Positions 20,348 to 31,100 of a stretch of DNA of 64,000 nucleotides are shown here, piece after piece; the stretch's first letter is position 1; every line of letters starts with the position of its first letter. Made by a program: the position numbers and the translations under genes. The notes beneath the pieces were generated by a model, which saw only the letters and a list, made by a program, of their open reading frames with translations, made no database searches and had not been told where the DNA came from. Location of the stretch: positions 448,001-512,000 of the forward strand of contig OZ244048.1 in the NCBI GenBank assembly GCA_965215265.1, read 5' to 3'. The DNA is from Candidatus Poribacteria bacterium (GTDB lineage: Bacteria; Poribacteria; WGA-4E; WGA-3G).

Positions 20348-23029
20348 ATGCCAAGAAAAAACCAGAAAATAGCACTTGATTTCGCATTCTTCACCTACCT
20401 CCGTCCCTTTTATACCGAGAATCGTGGGCGAATTCGGACGCACTACCGTGCCCTCTCCAAAAAAATCCTCGACTTTAACGATCCAGAGTCCGGCGCTTTT
20501 TTCCGTGAACCGCAATTTGAGGCGTTAGAGATGTACATCTTCCTCAAGGAATATCTGAATAATCGGCACGTTCACGATATATTTTCCGATTGGCACGCAA
20601 AACAGAAAGGCTTTGAGACACGTTCGAATCTCGGCTTGGAGCAGCTTGAGTTGTTTGGCGAGCTGAATGCGGAGCAATATCAAGCTATATTCGATTATAT
20701 CCGAAAATTCAAGCGCAGCTACCCGAACTATATATTTGCGCTCCCGATGGGAACAGGAAAGACCATCTTGATGGCGACCTGTATCTTCTACGAATTCTTA
20801 CTCGCCAACAAATTCCCAGAAGACCCAAACTACTGTCATAACGCCTTGGTATTCGCCCCCGATAAAACCGTCCTACAATCCCTAAAAGAAATTGAGACAT
20901 TTGACATGGGGCTTGTTGTGCCACCCGAATACGTCAACTTCCTATCAAGTCACCTCCAATTCCACTTCCTTGAAGAAGCAGGCACCGCCTTATCCACAAT
21001 AGATCGCTCGCGTTTCAACGTCATCATCTCTAACACCCAGAAGATCATCCTCAAACAACAGCACAAAGAGAAAAGTGCCAACGAGCGCCTCTTCACAAGC
21101 GAGGGGACCACGTATCAATCCGGCAACGCCTCTGAAGAAGAAGAACCCACTGACCTCTATCACTTCGATGCCCCCGAAGATGAGAACGAACTGACTACCA
21201 ACCAACGCTTCCAGAAGTTGACACGCCTCGAACAACTCGGCATCTTCGTCGATGAGGCACATCACGCATTCGGCAGCCAACTCGAAAGAGATATGGGACT
21301 TAAAAAATCAAAAACCAGTCTCCGACTCACCATCGATAAACTCGCAGCAAATTTAGAACATGCAGGCACACGTGTCTGTGCCTGTTACAACTTCACAGGC
21401 ACACCTTACGTCGGACAGCAGGTACTCCCAGAGGTGGTCTACGGCTACGGACTAAAGAACGCAATCGATAAAGGCTTCCTAAAGAAGGTCCGACTCCATA
21501 GCTACACAAACCCGAAAAGCACCGAATTTGTCCAATTAGTAATTAAAAACTTTTGGGAAAACCACAGCGAACAACGGCACGAGGGCATGCTGCCGAAACT
21601 CGCACTCTTTGCCGCAACCATCGACGAGCTCCAGAACGAGCTCCGTCCCGCCGTCGAAGAAGCACTGACCGAACTTGGCGTACCCACTTCTCGCCTCCTC
21701 GTAAATGTCGGAGACAACAAACTAACCACCAACGATGAGCTGCGACGCTTCATCAATCTTGATACCCCCGCCTCCGAAGACCAGTTTATCCTCCTAGTCA
21801 ATAAAGGCAAGGAGGGATGGAACTGCCGCTCCCTCTTTGGCGTAGCCCTTTACCGGAAACCTACATCCAAAATCTTTGTACTACAAGCCAGCATGCGATG
21901 CCTCCGCCAGATCGGCGAAGCACAACAGACCGCGCATATCTACCTCTCAAAAGAAAATACCCAGATCCTCGATGAGGAATTGCAAAAGAACTTCAGCGTC
22001 AGTCTTGATGAGATTCGCCATGCCGGCGCACAAAAAGCTAATTATCAGGTACGCGTCAAAGAACCCATAAAAAAAGTAACCCTCAAACGCATCCGAAAAA
22101 TGCATCAACTCGTGGAAAAGCAACCCCAAAACAGACTGGACTTAGCACTCGATCAGGCGGACACAGAGAAATATCGCATCACACACGAAGAATACGAAGG
22201 ACTCCAAGCTGCCCAGCCCGTGCAAACCGAAGACCTAACCGAATTCAAGCAGCAACGCAATTTTAGCACGTTGACGCTCTGTGCCGAGATTGCACGCTAC
22301 CTGAATCAGCCCGCACTCGAAATAGAGCACATCCTCACAAACACAAAGCAAGGGATGGAACAGATTCTTCAAAACGTCAATCAGTTTAACGAATTGCTCT
22401 ACGACTGGATAATTCCACGCCTCTTCGAGGCACTATATGAACTACAGGCATTCGAACACCATGAACCCAAAGTGATCGAACTGGTCAAACAGCCAGAGGA
22501 TGGATACTACAAAGTTAGAGCAACCCCGGACCTAGTCGTCCAAGAGGAAGCACTGACACGCACAACTTACGACCACAACACGCATGCTAACGACAACGCT
22601 GTCCCAGATTGGATCGTCAGAGCGGGTACATCGACACAGAAAAATTACGCACACAAAAGCTTCCATCTCGATACCTATGCCTTTGACTCTACCCCTGAAC
22701 ACACGCTATTCTGGTCCCTATTAGCCGAAAAGCGCGTGAAATACGTCTATTTTACAGGGATGTTGACACACGGCCAATCCGATTTCTACATCCAGTACAT
22801 AGATCCAGACTCCCACGTCGTCAGGCGATACTACCCTGATTTCCTCATTCAGAAACACGACGGCTCCTGGCTCATCGTAGAAGTGAAAGGAGACAATAAG
22901 ATTGATGACCGGATAGTCCAAGCAAAGGCAGCAGCCACACGGCAAATAGCAAATGTAAGTGATATGTCATACAAGATTATCCTCGGCAGCGACGCAGAGG
23001 AGAAACGATATCACGCCCTGCTAAAGTAA
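20348..23029 (+). CDS. res: Type III restriction endonuclease subunit (SF2 helicase + PD-(D/E)xK nuclease)
   Basis: PMGTGKT Walker A, DEAH, FTGTP, KEGWN, C-terminal YYPDF...EVKG. Confidence 0.9.
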   Translation: MPRKNQKIALDFAFFTYLRPFYTENRGRIRTHYRALSKKILDFNDPESGAFFREPQFEALEMYIFLKEYLNNRHVHDIFSDWHAKQKGFETRSNLGLEQLELFGELNAEQYQAIFDYIRKFKRSYPNYIFALPMGTGKTILMATCIFYEFLLANKFPEDPNYCHNALVFAPDKTVLQSLKEIETFDMGLVVPPEYVNFLSSHLQFHFLEEAGTALSTIDRSRFNVIISNTQKIILKQQHKEKSANERLFTSEGTTYQSGNASEEEEPTDLYHFDAPEDENELTTNQRFQKLTRLEQLGIFVDEAHHAFGSQLERDMGLKKSKTSLRLTIDKLAANLEHAGTRVCACYNFTGTPYVGQQVLPEVVYGYGLKNAIDKGFLKKVRLHSYTNPKSTEFVQLVIKNFWENHSEQRHEGMLPKLALFAATIDELQNELRPAVEEALTELGVPTSRLLVNVGDNKLTTNDELRRFINLDTPASEDQFILLVNKGKEGWNCRSLFGVALYRKPTSKIFVLQASMRCLRQIGEAQQTAHIYLSKENTQILDEELQKNFSVSLDEIRHAGAQKANYQVRVKEPIKKVTLKRIRKMHQLVEKQPQNRLDLALDQADTEKYRITHEEYEGLQAAQPVQTEDLTEFKQQRNFSTLTLCAEIARYLNQPALEIEHILTNTKQGMEQILQNVNQFNELLYDWIIPRLFEALYELQAFEHHEPKVIELVKQPEDGYYKVRATPDLVVQEEALTRTTYDHNTHANDNAVPDWIVRAGTSTQKNYAHKSFHLDTYAFDSTPEHTLFWSLLAEKRVKYVYFTGMLTHGQSDFYIQYIDPDSHVVRRYYPDFLIQKHDGSWLIVEVKGDNKIDDRIVQAKAAATRQIANVSDMSYKIILGSDAEEKRYHALLK

Positions 23030-23074
23030 TCTGATTCACAACTTAGAGACAACACCGAACCAAGGAGACTTCTG

Positions 23075-23686
23075 ATGAACAAGAAATTAGAAAAGGTAAT
23101 GTATATGGGCATAGGCGCGCTGATCGCCCTTATCAGCTTCAGCCTCGGTAACCTGCACCGAGACAACGCAAATGCACAAGGAGGCACCCCCATCGTGGAT
23201 CTTATCCGATGTAAGCGCCTGGAAGTCGTTGATGCCGCAGGCAACAATCGGATTATTTTACGAACCAATCAAGACGACGGGCGCGTGGACGTTTACAATG
23301 GGCACGTGAGCATTTACGATAAAGCTGGGAAGCTAGGTGCAACACTTTATATCAATGAAGACGGCGGGCGCATGTACATTTACGATAAAGCTGGGAAAAG
23401 CGGTGCATCACTTTCTACCGATGAAAACGGCGGGCGCATGTCCGTTTTCGGTAAAGCCGGGATGAGCGCCGCATCACTTGGTACCGATGAAGACGGCGGG
23501 CGTGTGGGCGTTCGCAGTAAAGATGGGAAAACCGGTGCAACACTTGGTATCACTAAATACGGTGGCGGTGTCGCCATCTTTAACAGAGGCGAGCAGAATG
23601 TCGGGCAATTCTCTGTCACCGATAGAGGCGGTGGTCTTCTTCTAACAAAAGACAAGCATGGGTATAGAACCGGAAACGTGCCATAA
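23075..23686 (+). CDS. Secreted hypothetical protein with 22-aa Gly-rich beta repeats
   Basis: AAGGAG RBS, signal peptide, repeats (N/D)EDGGR.x.x.x.K.GK.GA.L; CATTTACGATAAAGCTGGGAA repeated 66 bp apart. Confidence 0.75.
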   Translation: MNKKLEKVMYMGIGALIALISFSLGNLHRDNANAQGGTPIVDLIRCKRLEVVDAAGNNRIILRTNQDDGRVDVYNGHVSIYDKAGKLGATLYINEDGGRMYIYDKAGKSGASLSTDENGGRMSVFGKAGMSAASLGTDEDGGRVGVRSKDGKTGATLGITKYGGGVAIFNRGEQNVGQFSVTDRGGGLLLTKDKHGYRTGNVP

Positions 23687-23783
23687 GCCCTCTGGAGTCC
23701 GGGCAATATTGCAGCTCAGGCAGCGCTCATGGCTGACGGCATAACACCCAAAATCTCTACAAATCTCTATAAACCTAAAAGGC

Positions 23784-23813
23784 TTGACACTTAATCTCAA
23801 TTTGTGTTAAACT
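23784..23813 (+). promoter_or_regulatory. Sigma70-like promoter for moxR
   Basis: TTGACA-18bp-TAAACT with TG. Confidence 0.55.
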
Positions 23814-23922
23814 GTCGCCATAGCGCTTTTAAAACGTAGAACTCCAGTATAGAACCTGCAAACCCACGGTTGTTTGAGACGGTAGGATGCACGCCTCTAG
23901 CAACCGAAAAAGGAAGTGATAA

Positions 23923-24930
23923 ATGCCAGCAACAGCAGAAGTCCAAGCAATCGAAGAATTGATGGAGAGCCAACAATTAATTGTGGCGCAGCTTAAAAAG
24001 GTTATTATCGGGCAAGAAGAAGTCATCGACGAAATGTTGATGGCACTCTTCTCCGGCGGACACTGCCTCTTAGAAGGTGTCCCGGGGCTCGCCAAAACGC
24101 TCATGATTAAGACCTTGGCGCAAATTCTCAACCTCCAATTCAAGCGTATTCAGTTCACACCAGATCTGATGCCGGCAGATATTACAGGAACTGATATACT
24201 AGAAGAGGACCGAACAACTGGGCACAGAACTATCCGGTTCATTCACGGCCCGATCTTCGCCAACATCCTACTCGCCGATGAGATTAATCGAACACCACCT
24301 AAGACGCAAGCGGCGCTCTTGGAAGCGATGCAGGAATATCACGTGACGGCTGGCGGAAACGAATTTCAACTCGAACAGCCCTTCTTTGTCCTCGCAACAC
24401 AGAACCCGATCGAGCAGGAAGGCACCTACCCACTCCCTGAAGCACAGCTCGACAGGTTCATGTTCAAAATCGTTATAGACTACCCAACAGAAGATGAAGA
24501 GACCGCCATCGTCTCTACCACAACCGGTGCTGAAGAACCAGAACTTGAAACAGCACTCTCCGGTGAGGCTATCTTAGCACTCCATAAAATTGTTCGGCGC
24601 GTACCCGCAGCCGATAACGTCGTACAATACGCAGTCAGACTCGCACGCGCAACACGTCCAAACACACAAAATCCACCTGAATTCATACAACAGTGGGTAC
24701 GTTGGGGCGCAGGACCGCGCGCAGGACAATATCTCATACTAGGTGCCAAAGCAAGAGCCATCTTAAAGGGACGATACAACGCCTCCTGCACTGATGTCAA
24801 ATCCGTCGCACACGCCGTCTTACGCCACCGAATCTTAACAAACTTTCACGCCGAAGCTGAAGGAATCGACGCCGACGCAGTCATACAACGCCTCCTTGAC
24901 ACAGTTGAAGAACCAGCCACAAAACTATAA
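23923..24930 (+). CDS. MoxR family AAA+ ATPase
   Basis: [68 protein letters not shown]. Confidence 0.95.
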   Translation: MPATAEVQAIEELMESQQLIVAQLKKVIIGQEEVIDEMLMALFSGGHCLLEGVPGLAKTLMIKTLAQILNLQFKRIQFTPDLMPADITGTDILEEDRTTGHRTIRFIHGPIFANILLADEINRTPPKTQAALLEAMQEYHVTAGGNEFQLEQPFFVLATQNPIEQEGTYPLPEAQLDRFMFKIVIDYPTEDEETAIVSTTTGAEEPELETALSGEAILALHKIVRRVPAADNVVQYAVRLARATRPNTQNPPEFIQQWVRWGAGPRAGQYLILGAKARAILKGRYNASCTDVKSVAHAVLRHRILTNFHAEAEGIDADAVIQRLLDTVEEPATKL

Positions 24931-24983
24931 CGGCGCGGAACTTACACAGCTCACAAACGCTGAATCTATTTCGAGGCAGAAAC

Positions 24984-25664
24984 ATGAAAATTTCTGTCAT
25001 TATCCCTGCTTTTAACGAAGAAGCAGCAATTGCCAAAGTCATCGCGGAGATCCCCAAACCACTTGTCCACGAAATTATCGTCGTTGACAACGGTTCAACT
25101 GACAAAACTGCACAGATAGCAGAACAGAGCGGTGCCTGCGTTGTACATGAGCCTCGCAGAGGGTATGGATCCGCCTGCCTCGCCGGAATTGCAGCACTGA
25201 ACCAACCCGATATCGTCGTCTTTATGGATGCTGACTATAGCGACTATCCCGCAGAGATACCGCTGCTGATTCAACCCATCTTGGACAGTAATGTAGAATT
25301 GGTTATCGGCGCACGTGTACCTTGTGAAAAAGGGGCGCTCTTACCCCAAGCACGCTTCGGCAATTGGCTCGCTACCTTCTTAATACGCCGGTTTTTTGGC
25401 ACACACTACACAGACCTCGGGCCCTTTCGAGCCATCCGTTACTCACAACTCATCGCGCTGCAGATGCAGGATAAAACCTTCGGATGGACAGTAGAAATGC
25501 AACTCAAAGCAGCAAAAATGGCACTGCGCGTCTGTGAAGTCCCCGTCCGATACCGCAAACGGATCGGCAATTCCAAAATTAGTGGAACCCTCCTCGGAAC
25601 CTTGAAAGCCGGCTATAAGATTCTTACAACCCTTTTTTATCATCGTTTTTTCCAGAAGAATTGA
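24984..25664 (+). CDS. Glycosyltransferase family 2
   Basis: SVIIPAFNEE, VVDNGSTD, FMDAD, TDLGPFRAI. Confidence 0.92.
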   Translation: MKISVIIPAFNEEAAIAKVIAEIPKPLVHEIIVVDNGSTDKTAQIAEQSGACVVHEPRRGYGSACLAGIAALNQPDIVVFMDADYSDYPAEIPLLIQPILDSNVELVIGARVPCEKGALLPQARFGNWLATFLIRRFFGTHYTDLGPFRAIRYSQLIALQMQDKTFGWTVEMQLKAAKMALRVCEVPVRYRKRIGNSKISGTLLGTLKAGYKILTTLFYHRFFQKN

Positions 25665-25755
25665 ACCGTTTCTACACCTTACATACCTTCCCACACGTAA
25701 GTGCCGCACACCCACGCTTACCTCAACTTTATCACAAGAAAATCAAACTTTTAAG

Positions 25756-25784
25756 TTGACATCTACTCAAAAATATGATAAAAT
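25756..25784 (+). promoter_or_regulatory. Sigma70-like promoter
   Basis: TTGACA-17bp-TAAAAT with TG. Confidence 0.7.
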
Positions 25785-25828
25785 AAGAACAATATCAACG
25801 AAAATGGATAACTTCAGGAGATAATGCG

Positions 25829-26623
25829 ATGCAGTCAAAGATTCAATCCGCACCCACAATGCTCTATCCCGAATCGGACGGTAAACCTATGGCAGAAACT
25901 GACACACACCGTAACTTACTTATGGATTGCATTCAAACGCTCCAACACCACTTCCGTGACGCTAACGACGTTTATGTCTCTGGAAACCTCTTAGTCTATT
26001 ACAAAGACGGGGAGAAGATCCGGTCAGTCGCCCCAGATGTGTTTGTGGTGCCCGGTGTAGCGAACAAAAAGCGTCGAGTTTACGTAGTGCATGAAGAGCA
26101 TAACACCCCCGATTTTGTGTTAGAGATTGCGAGCCGTGGAACCTACTCACACGATCTGGGACGTAAGAAAGAGATTTACGCATCTTTTCTTTCAGTGAAA
26201 GAATATTATATCTACGTGCCGTATGGCGTGGTGCCTGCGCCTTTCATCGGGTTCCGGCTTGTTGATGGCACTTACGAAGAAATAGATTTTGTCAATGACC
26301 GGCTCAAGTCAGATGTGCTAGGACTGGAGTTAGGCGTGCATGAAGAGACACTCCATTTCTATAACCCGCAGACGAAGCAGTGGTTGCAACCAGCTCAGGC
26401 ACGTGCTGAAAGTGAAAAGAAACGTGCCGAAACCCAAAAGGCACGGGCTGAAAGTGAAAAGGCACGGGCTGAAAGTGAAAAGGCACGGGCTGAAAGTGAA
26501 AAGGCACGGGCTGAAAGTGAAAAGAAACGCGCCGAAACCCAAAAGGCACGGGCTGAAAGTGCCGAAGCCAAACTCGCCGAAGCCTTAGCGGAGATTCAGC
26601 GCCTGCAGGCAAAAAATCAATAA
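25829..26623 (+). CDS. Uma2 family putative restriction endonuclease with coiled-coil tail
   Basis: YPESDGKPMAET, APDVFVV, PDFVLEIAS, EYYIY; tail of KARAESE heptads. Confidence 0.9.
   Translation: MQSKIQSAPTMLYPESDGKPMAETDTHRNLLMDCIQTLQHHFRDANDVYVSGNLLVYYKDGEKIRSVAPDVFVVPGVANKKRRVYVVHEEHNTPDFVLEIASRGTYSHDLGRKKEIYASFLSVKEYYIYVPYGVVPAPFIGFRLVDGTYEEIDFVNDRLKSDVLGLELGVHEETLHFYNPQTKQWLQPAQARAESEKKRAETQKARAESEKARAESEKARAESEKARAESEKKRAETQKARAESAEAKLAEALAEIQRLQAKNQ
26398..26560 (+). repeat. Intragenic 21-bp tandem repeat (AAGGCACGGGCTGAAAGTGAA)
   Basis: Several perfect and degenerate copies encoding KARAESE/KKRAETQ. Confidence 0.9.
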
Positions 26624-26651
26624 CCAATACCAACGCAAGGAAATACGACAC

Positions 26652-27608
26652 ATGGCAAATCTAGCTAAAAACACGGCAGAAAGATTCTGGCACATCAAAC
26701 ACTTTGATATCTTCAAAAATCTTGAGCAAGCAGATGCCGACGCATTAGCACGCATCACAACCTTCAAATCTTTCAAAACCGGAGAGCAGCTCAACACACC
26801 GCTTGTTTATCTACTCAAGGAAGGACGCATTAGAATCTACCAAACATCGCCTACAAATCACGAGGAACCTATAAAAGAGGATTCAGGCAACAATACGGAC
26901 ACCCAAAATACCATCCTCGCCGTGCTGGAACCCGGTGAGATTTTCGGACTTGAGGCATCTGAAGATGCACACCTAAACGCCACTGTAGAAACACTCACAG
27001 ATGTTGTAGTCGGCACCGTCACCATTTCCAATTTCCAATTTTTTCTTAAACGAAAACCACATCTGGCGATGCCTGTACAAAGAACGCTCAGGATGCAGTT
27101 TCAGCGGGTTTTGAATTTCCTAATACAGGCCCTAAAACCAGCGTATCCGCTAATGAACCTCTCTGCCCAACAGACTTCACTGCTGCATAACAAACCGAAC
27201 CGCTTGTCAAAAAAAACACGAAATCTTATGTCTAATATCGCCTTCCGGCACCCGGAAGCACGACTCGCTCTCTTATTACAGAAACTCGCCGCAGCCCCCA
27301 CGACTGATGGAACAGTCTGGGCACGCAAGCTCTCGTCAAAAGCATTATCACGTTTAATTGGATGTACGGAAGATGAAACCCAGACACTCTTAACCGAATT
27401 CAAACAACATAACCTCATTAAAAACCACTTCCGTCGAATTCAGATACTGGATACATGGCGACTAAAAAAAATAGCAGATGCACGTTCTAATATCAGAAAA
27501 TACCAGATGAAGCCTAACCCACATATACCCAACAACCTCGCTGAAACAGAACATTTTACAGCAGGCACATCACCCAATACAACAACGGCAGTACAAGCAC
27601 CATTATGA
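26652..27608 (+). CDS. Crp/Fnr family transcriptional regulator
   Basis: VYLLKEGRIRI, LEPGEIFG cNMP-binding domain; RLALLL...LSRLIGCT.DE HTH. Confidence 0.8.
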   Translation: MANLAKNTAERFWHIKHFDIFKNLEQADADALARITTFKSFKTGEQLNTPLVYLLKEGRIRIYQTSPTNHEEPIKEDSGNNTDTQNTILAVLEPGEIFGLEASEDAHLNATVETLTDVVVGTVTISNFQFFLKRKPHLAMPVQRTLRMQFQRVLNFLIQALKPAYPLMNLSAQQTSLLHNKPNRLSKKTRNLMSNIAFRHPEARLALLLQKLAAAPTTDGTVWARKLSSKALSRLIGCTEDETQTLLTEFKQHNLIKNHFRRIQILDTWRLKKIADARSNIRKYQMKPNPHIPNNLAETEHFTAGTSPNTTTAVQAPL

Positions 27609-28996
27609 ACAATACCAACCCTTATTTACACTTAGACCGGCAAATCGTCGGCGATATTTATACTTCCAAAGAAGTCATGCAAAACCTAACCGTACTCTGC
27701 GACGAATACGGCTCCCGATTCGCTGGAACACCTGAAGAATATCAAGCCGCTACCTTCATCGCTGATTGCTTCAAACGTTATGGGCTCCACAACGTCAAAC
27801 TCGAACCTTATCCATACGCAGGATGGACACGCGGAAACCAGATCTCGCTCGACATCGTTGAACCCATCCAACGAACATTACACGCCATCTCTCTGCCCTA
27901 CTGTCCCGCAGACAGCTTGACTTGTGAACTCGTTTCCGTCGGATGTGGAAGCCCAACAGAATACACCACCCTCGGAAACAACGCGAAAAATAAAATCGTC
28001 ATGGCACACAGTGCTTCACCGCCCGACCTCGGTAGGTGGGTACATCGAAAGGAGAAGTTTGAACGCGCAGTACTCGCCGGGGCTAAGGCCTTTATTTTTG
28101 TCAGCGAACATCACGGCGTCGGACCCGAAACCGGAAGCCTCCAAAACGATAGACCCGCACCAATTCCCGGCATATCCGTCTCTAAAGAAGATGGCGAATT
28201 TCTAGAACGGCTCCTCGCAAATCACAACAAAGTTAACTTGAAACTACACACTACCGATATTAACGAACCACGCACATCGTGGAACGTCGTCGCCGATCTG
28301 CCCGGACGAAAACGCGACACACAAATGGTGATTTTAGGATGCCACTACGACGGGCACGACATCTCCCAAGGCGCACACGACCCAGCATCCGGAATGGTCG
28401 CAGTGATAGAAGCAGCACGCGTCCTCTCCGCTTATGCCGCACGCACCTTGAATAATACCATCAGATTTATCGCTTTTGGAACCGAGGAAATCGGGCTAAC
28501 CGGCGCATTCCGTTACGTTGAAGCACACGAAAAAGAATTAGATACTATCAGATTTATGCTTAATATGGATGCTGCAGGAGGGGCCAGTCGCAAGGGGATT
28601 GTCATACATCAATGGAAGGAGCTTCAACCCTTTTTTAAACACATGGCCACCCAACTCAATGCCGACATACCAATCGGACAGAAAGTACACTCCTACTCAG
28701 ATCATTTCCCTTTTTTCTTGAAAGGCATCCCGTCAGGCCACATGGGAGACCCGGAGACACCCCCCTCAGGGCGCGGGTTCGGGCATACCGCCTACGATAC
28801 CCTTGATAAGATTAAATTGGAAAATCTACGCACCGCCAGTGCTGTCGGAGCAAGGATAGCACTTCGCTGCGCCAATGAAAACGATTTCCCCGCATCGCGG
28901 CGAAATCCACAGGCAGTCCAGCACATCGTTGATAACGACACCGGACTCGAAGGATATCGTATTTCACTTAAACTCTCTCAAAAACCCAATGCCTGA
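27605..28996 (+). CDS. M28 family aminopeptidase with PA domain
   Basis: GSRFAGT, GCHYD, GAHD.ASG, GTEEIGL, NMD, SDH.PF, HT..DT.DK. Confidence 0.9.
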   Translation: MNNTNPYLHLDRQIVGDIYTSKEVMQNLTVLCDEYGSRFAGTPEEYQAATFIADCFKRYGLHNVKLEPYPYAGWTRGNQISLDIVEPIQRTLHAISLPYCPADSLTCELVSVGCGSPTEYTTLGNNAKNKIVMAHSASPPDLGRWVHRKEKFERAVLAGAKAFIFVSEHHGVGPETGSLQNDRPAPIPGISVSKEDGEFLERLLANHNKVNLKLHTTDINEPRTSWNVVADLPGRKRDTQMVILGCHYDGHDISQGAHDPASGMVAVIEAARVLSAYAARTLNNTIRFIAFGTEEIGLTGAFRYVEAHEKELDTIRFMLNMDAAGGASRKGIVIHQWKELQPFFKHMATQLNADIPIGQKVHSYSDHFPFFLKGIPSGHMGDPETPPSGRGFGHTAYDTLDKIKLENLRTASAVGARIALRCANENDFPASRRNPQAVQHIVDNDTGLEGYRISLKLSQKPNA

Positions 28997-29000
28997 ACAA

Positions 29001-29260
29001 AAAATAAGGTTATATTTAGAGACAAACATCAAAAGGCTCCGACGAGATTTTCGCAGTCATTGACAATACATCAGGCGTTATCGGGCTGAAAGATACAAAA
29101 AAACGAGATTTTCACAGTTATTGACAATACATCAGGTGTTATCGGGCTGAAAGATACAAAAAAACGAGATTTTCACACGAACTATCATTATATAGACGTT
29201 GATGGTTAAGAATTCACCCTGCTGGCAGGGACAATTCTTAACGGAGATATACGAAAAATT
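29001..29260 (+). repeat. Dispersed modular intergenic repeat, copy A (61-bp module in tandem + terminal hairpin)
   Basis: ACGAGATTTTC at 29042, 29103, 29164; hairpin GTTAAGAATT..CCCTGC/GCAGGG..AATTCTTAAC 29205-29242; near-identical to 30864-31060. Confidence 0.9.
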
Positions 29261-30749
29261 GAAAAACTACGCGAAAATTGGACCGCTTCTTTTACTTATT
29301 TTATTCACACCCTTCGGGTTTACCCAAATGGCTCCCACCCGCCCAACTCCTCCCAGTGGGTGGCAGGAAAAGGGTGGGTGGGAGCCACCACAGGATGTAG
29401 ACGAAACTCGACGCACTGCCATCGTCAATGCTGTTGAACGCGCAAGCCCAGCCGTCGTCAATATCAGCACTACCAAAGAAATAACACGATTCTCTTTTTG
29501 GGATGATTGGTGGGCACAAATCCCTTACACACGAAAACTACGAGGACTCGGATCCGGGGTGATTGTCGACCAAAACGGATACATTATTACCAATCATCAT
29601 GTCATTGAAGATGCCGATAGCATCAAAGTTATTCTACCAGATGGACGCGAATTTGAGGCAGAAGTCTTCGGATATGACTACCTCTCAGACCTCGCAATTT
29701 TAACTGTCAACGCCACGAAACTACCTGTTATCACATGGGGAGACTCTGATAACTTGTTAATCGGCGAATGGGCAGTCGCAATCGGACATCCCTTCGTCGG
29801 ACAAGCCAAACCCACCGTAACAATCGGAATTGTCAGCGCAACACAACGCACTCTCAACGACGAGGAACGGTTCCATGAAGGACTCATTCAGACTGATGCT
29901 TCAATTAACCCCGGCAATAGTGGCGGGGCACTGGTCAATATCGCAGGGCAGCTTATCGGCATAAACACTGCTATATACACTACAAGTGGAGGCTCACAAG
30001 GCGTCGGATTTGCAATTCCTGCAAACAAAGCCAGAAAAGTTATACAACAGATTATTGATTATGGCAGCGTTATCCCGCCTTACATCGGCATAGAGACACA
30101 ACCCGTAACAGAGGACTTGGCAGAAAAACTGTTCCCAAACGCTGACAGCCAAACTCATAGCGTCGCTGTCAAAACAGGCGTTTTAGTATCCAAACTAGAA
30201 AAGAAAAGCCCCGCTGACACCGCCGGTATCAAGCGCGGGGATGTTATTACTACTATTTCCGGACAACAAATTAAAAGTGAAACCAGTTTCAAGGCACTCG
30301 TACGCCTGCTCCCTCTTCACAAAGATATTCAGTGCCAATTCTTCCGAAATCGAAAAAAACGCAACACTACCCTCACCTTAAAAACACGACAATGGCAATA
30401 CACACCGCCCGGGTGGGGACTCACACTAGAACAACCTGACCGAGAAATGGTCCAACGAATCCATAATGATTCGCAACGCAGGACAACACGCAACTATGAA
30501 CGGCAAGCCTACAACCAACAACCCGGTGTCATCGTCTCTTACGTCGAAGAACAGAGCGGATTGGCAGGGGCACTCAAGCGCGGCGATTTAATCTTTCAAA
30601 TTGACAATAACAAGATTCACTCCCTAGAAATTTTCAAAATGATAGATCAGAATGTACGAGCCAGACGGAGAGTCAGACTTTACTTCAAACGAAACGGAGA
30701 AACCGAGTCTATTATTGTTTCTTTTAATCAAAACAATTCACGGAGATAG
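29259..30749 (+). CDS. HtrA/DegP-like serine protease with PDZ domains
   Basis: GSGVIV, ITNHHVI, SDLAIL, IQTDASINPGNSGG; ORF-track N-terminus is repeat-derived so TTG 29259 preferred. Confidence 0.92.
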   Translation: MKNYAKIGPLLLLILFTPFGFTQMAPTRPTPPSGWQEKGGWEPPQDVDETRRTAIVNAVERASPAVVNISTTKEITRFSFWDDWWAQIPYTRKLRGLGSGVIVDQNGYIITNHHVIEDADSIKVILPDGREFEAEVFGYDYLSDLAILTVNATKLPVITWGDSDNLLIGEWAVAIGHPFVGQAKPTVTIGIVSATQRTLNDEERFHEGLIQTDASINPGNSGGALVNIAGQLIGINTAIYTTSGGSQGVGFAIPANKARKVIQQIIDYGSVIPPYIGIETQPVTEDLAEKLFPNADSQTHSVAVKTGVLVSKLEKKSPADTAGIKRGDVITTISGQQIKSETSFKALVRLLPLHKDIQCQFFRNRKKRNTTLTLKTRQWQYTPPGWGLTLEQPDREMVQRIHNDSQRRTTRNYERQAYNQQPGVIVSYVEEQSGLAGALKRGDLIFQIDNNKIHSLEIFKMIDQNVRARRRVRLYFKRNGETESIIVSFNQNNSRR

Positions 30750-30791
30750 GTGTTTTAAATCTAAATTTTTTTGCAACCATCTGTAACCTCT

Positions 30792-30809
30792 CTCTCCTGA
30801 AAGGAGAGA
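30792..30809. terminator. Hairpin downstream of htrA, possible terminator
   Basis: CTCTCCT-GAA-AGGAGAG; no clear U-tract. Confidence 0.35.
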
Positions 30810-30813
30810 CTGG

Positions 30814-30863
30814 AAAAGAGTGGGTGGGAGTTCTTGACAAAAGAGTGGGTGGGAGTTCTTGAC
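30814..30863 (+). repeat. Perfect 25-bp tandem duplication
   Basis: AAAAGAGTGGGTGGGAGTTCTTGAC x2 directly before repeat copy B. Confidence 0.9.
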
Positions 30864-31060
30864 AAAATAAGGTTATATTTAGAGACAATACATCAAGAGG
30901 CTCGGACGAGATTTACACAGTCATTGACAATACATCAGGCGTTATCGGGCTGAAATATACAAAAAAACGAGATTTTCACACGAGCTATCATTATGTAGAC
31001 GTTGATGGTTAAGAATTCACCCTGCTGGCAGGGACAATTCTTAACGGAGATATACAAAAA
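30864..31060 (+). repeat. Dispersed modular intergenic repeat, copy B
   Basis: AAAATAAGGTTATATTTAGAGAC...GACGAGATTTACACAGTCATTGACAATACATCAGGCGTTATCGGGCTGAAA...hairpin 31008-31045...ACGGAGATATAC. Confidence 0.9.
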
Positions 31061-31100
31061 ACGGAATGTCAAGTCAAACTGAGTTAAAAAGGATAAAAAA

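Noticed and set aside
29042-29175. 61-bp periodic repeat as a CRISPR array
   Set aside because: The whole unit is repeated with no unique spacers, and it is far from the cas genes
29199-29258. ORF-track N-terminus of HtrA (MMVKNSPCWQGQ...)
   Set aside because: It is the translation of the repeat hairpin found at other loci
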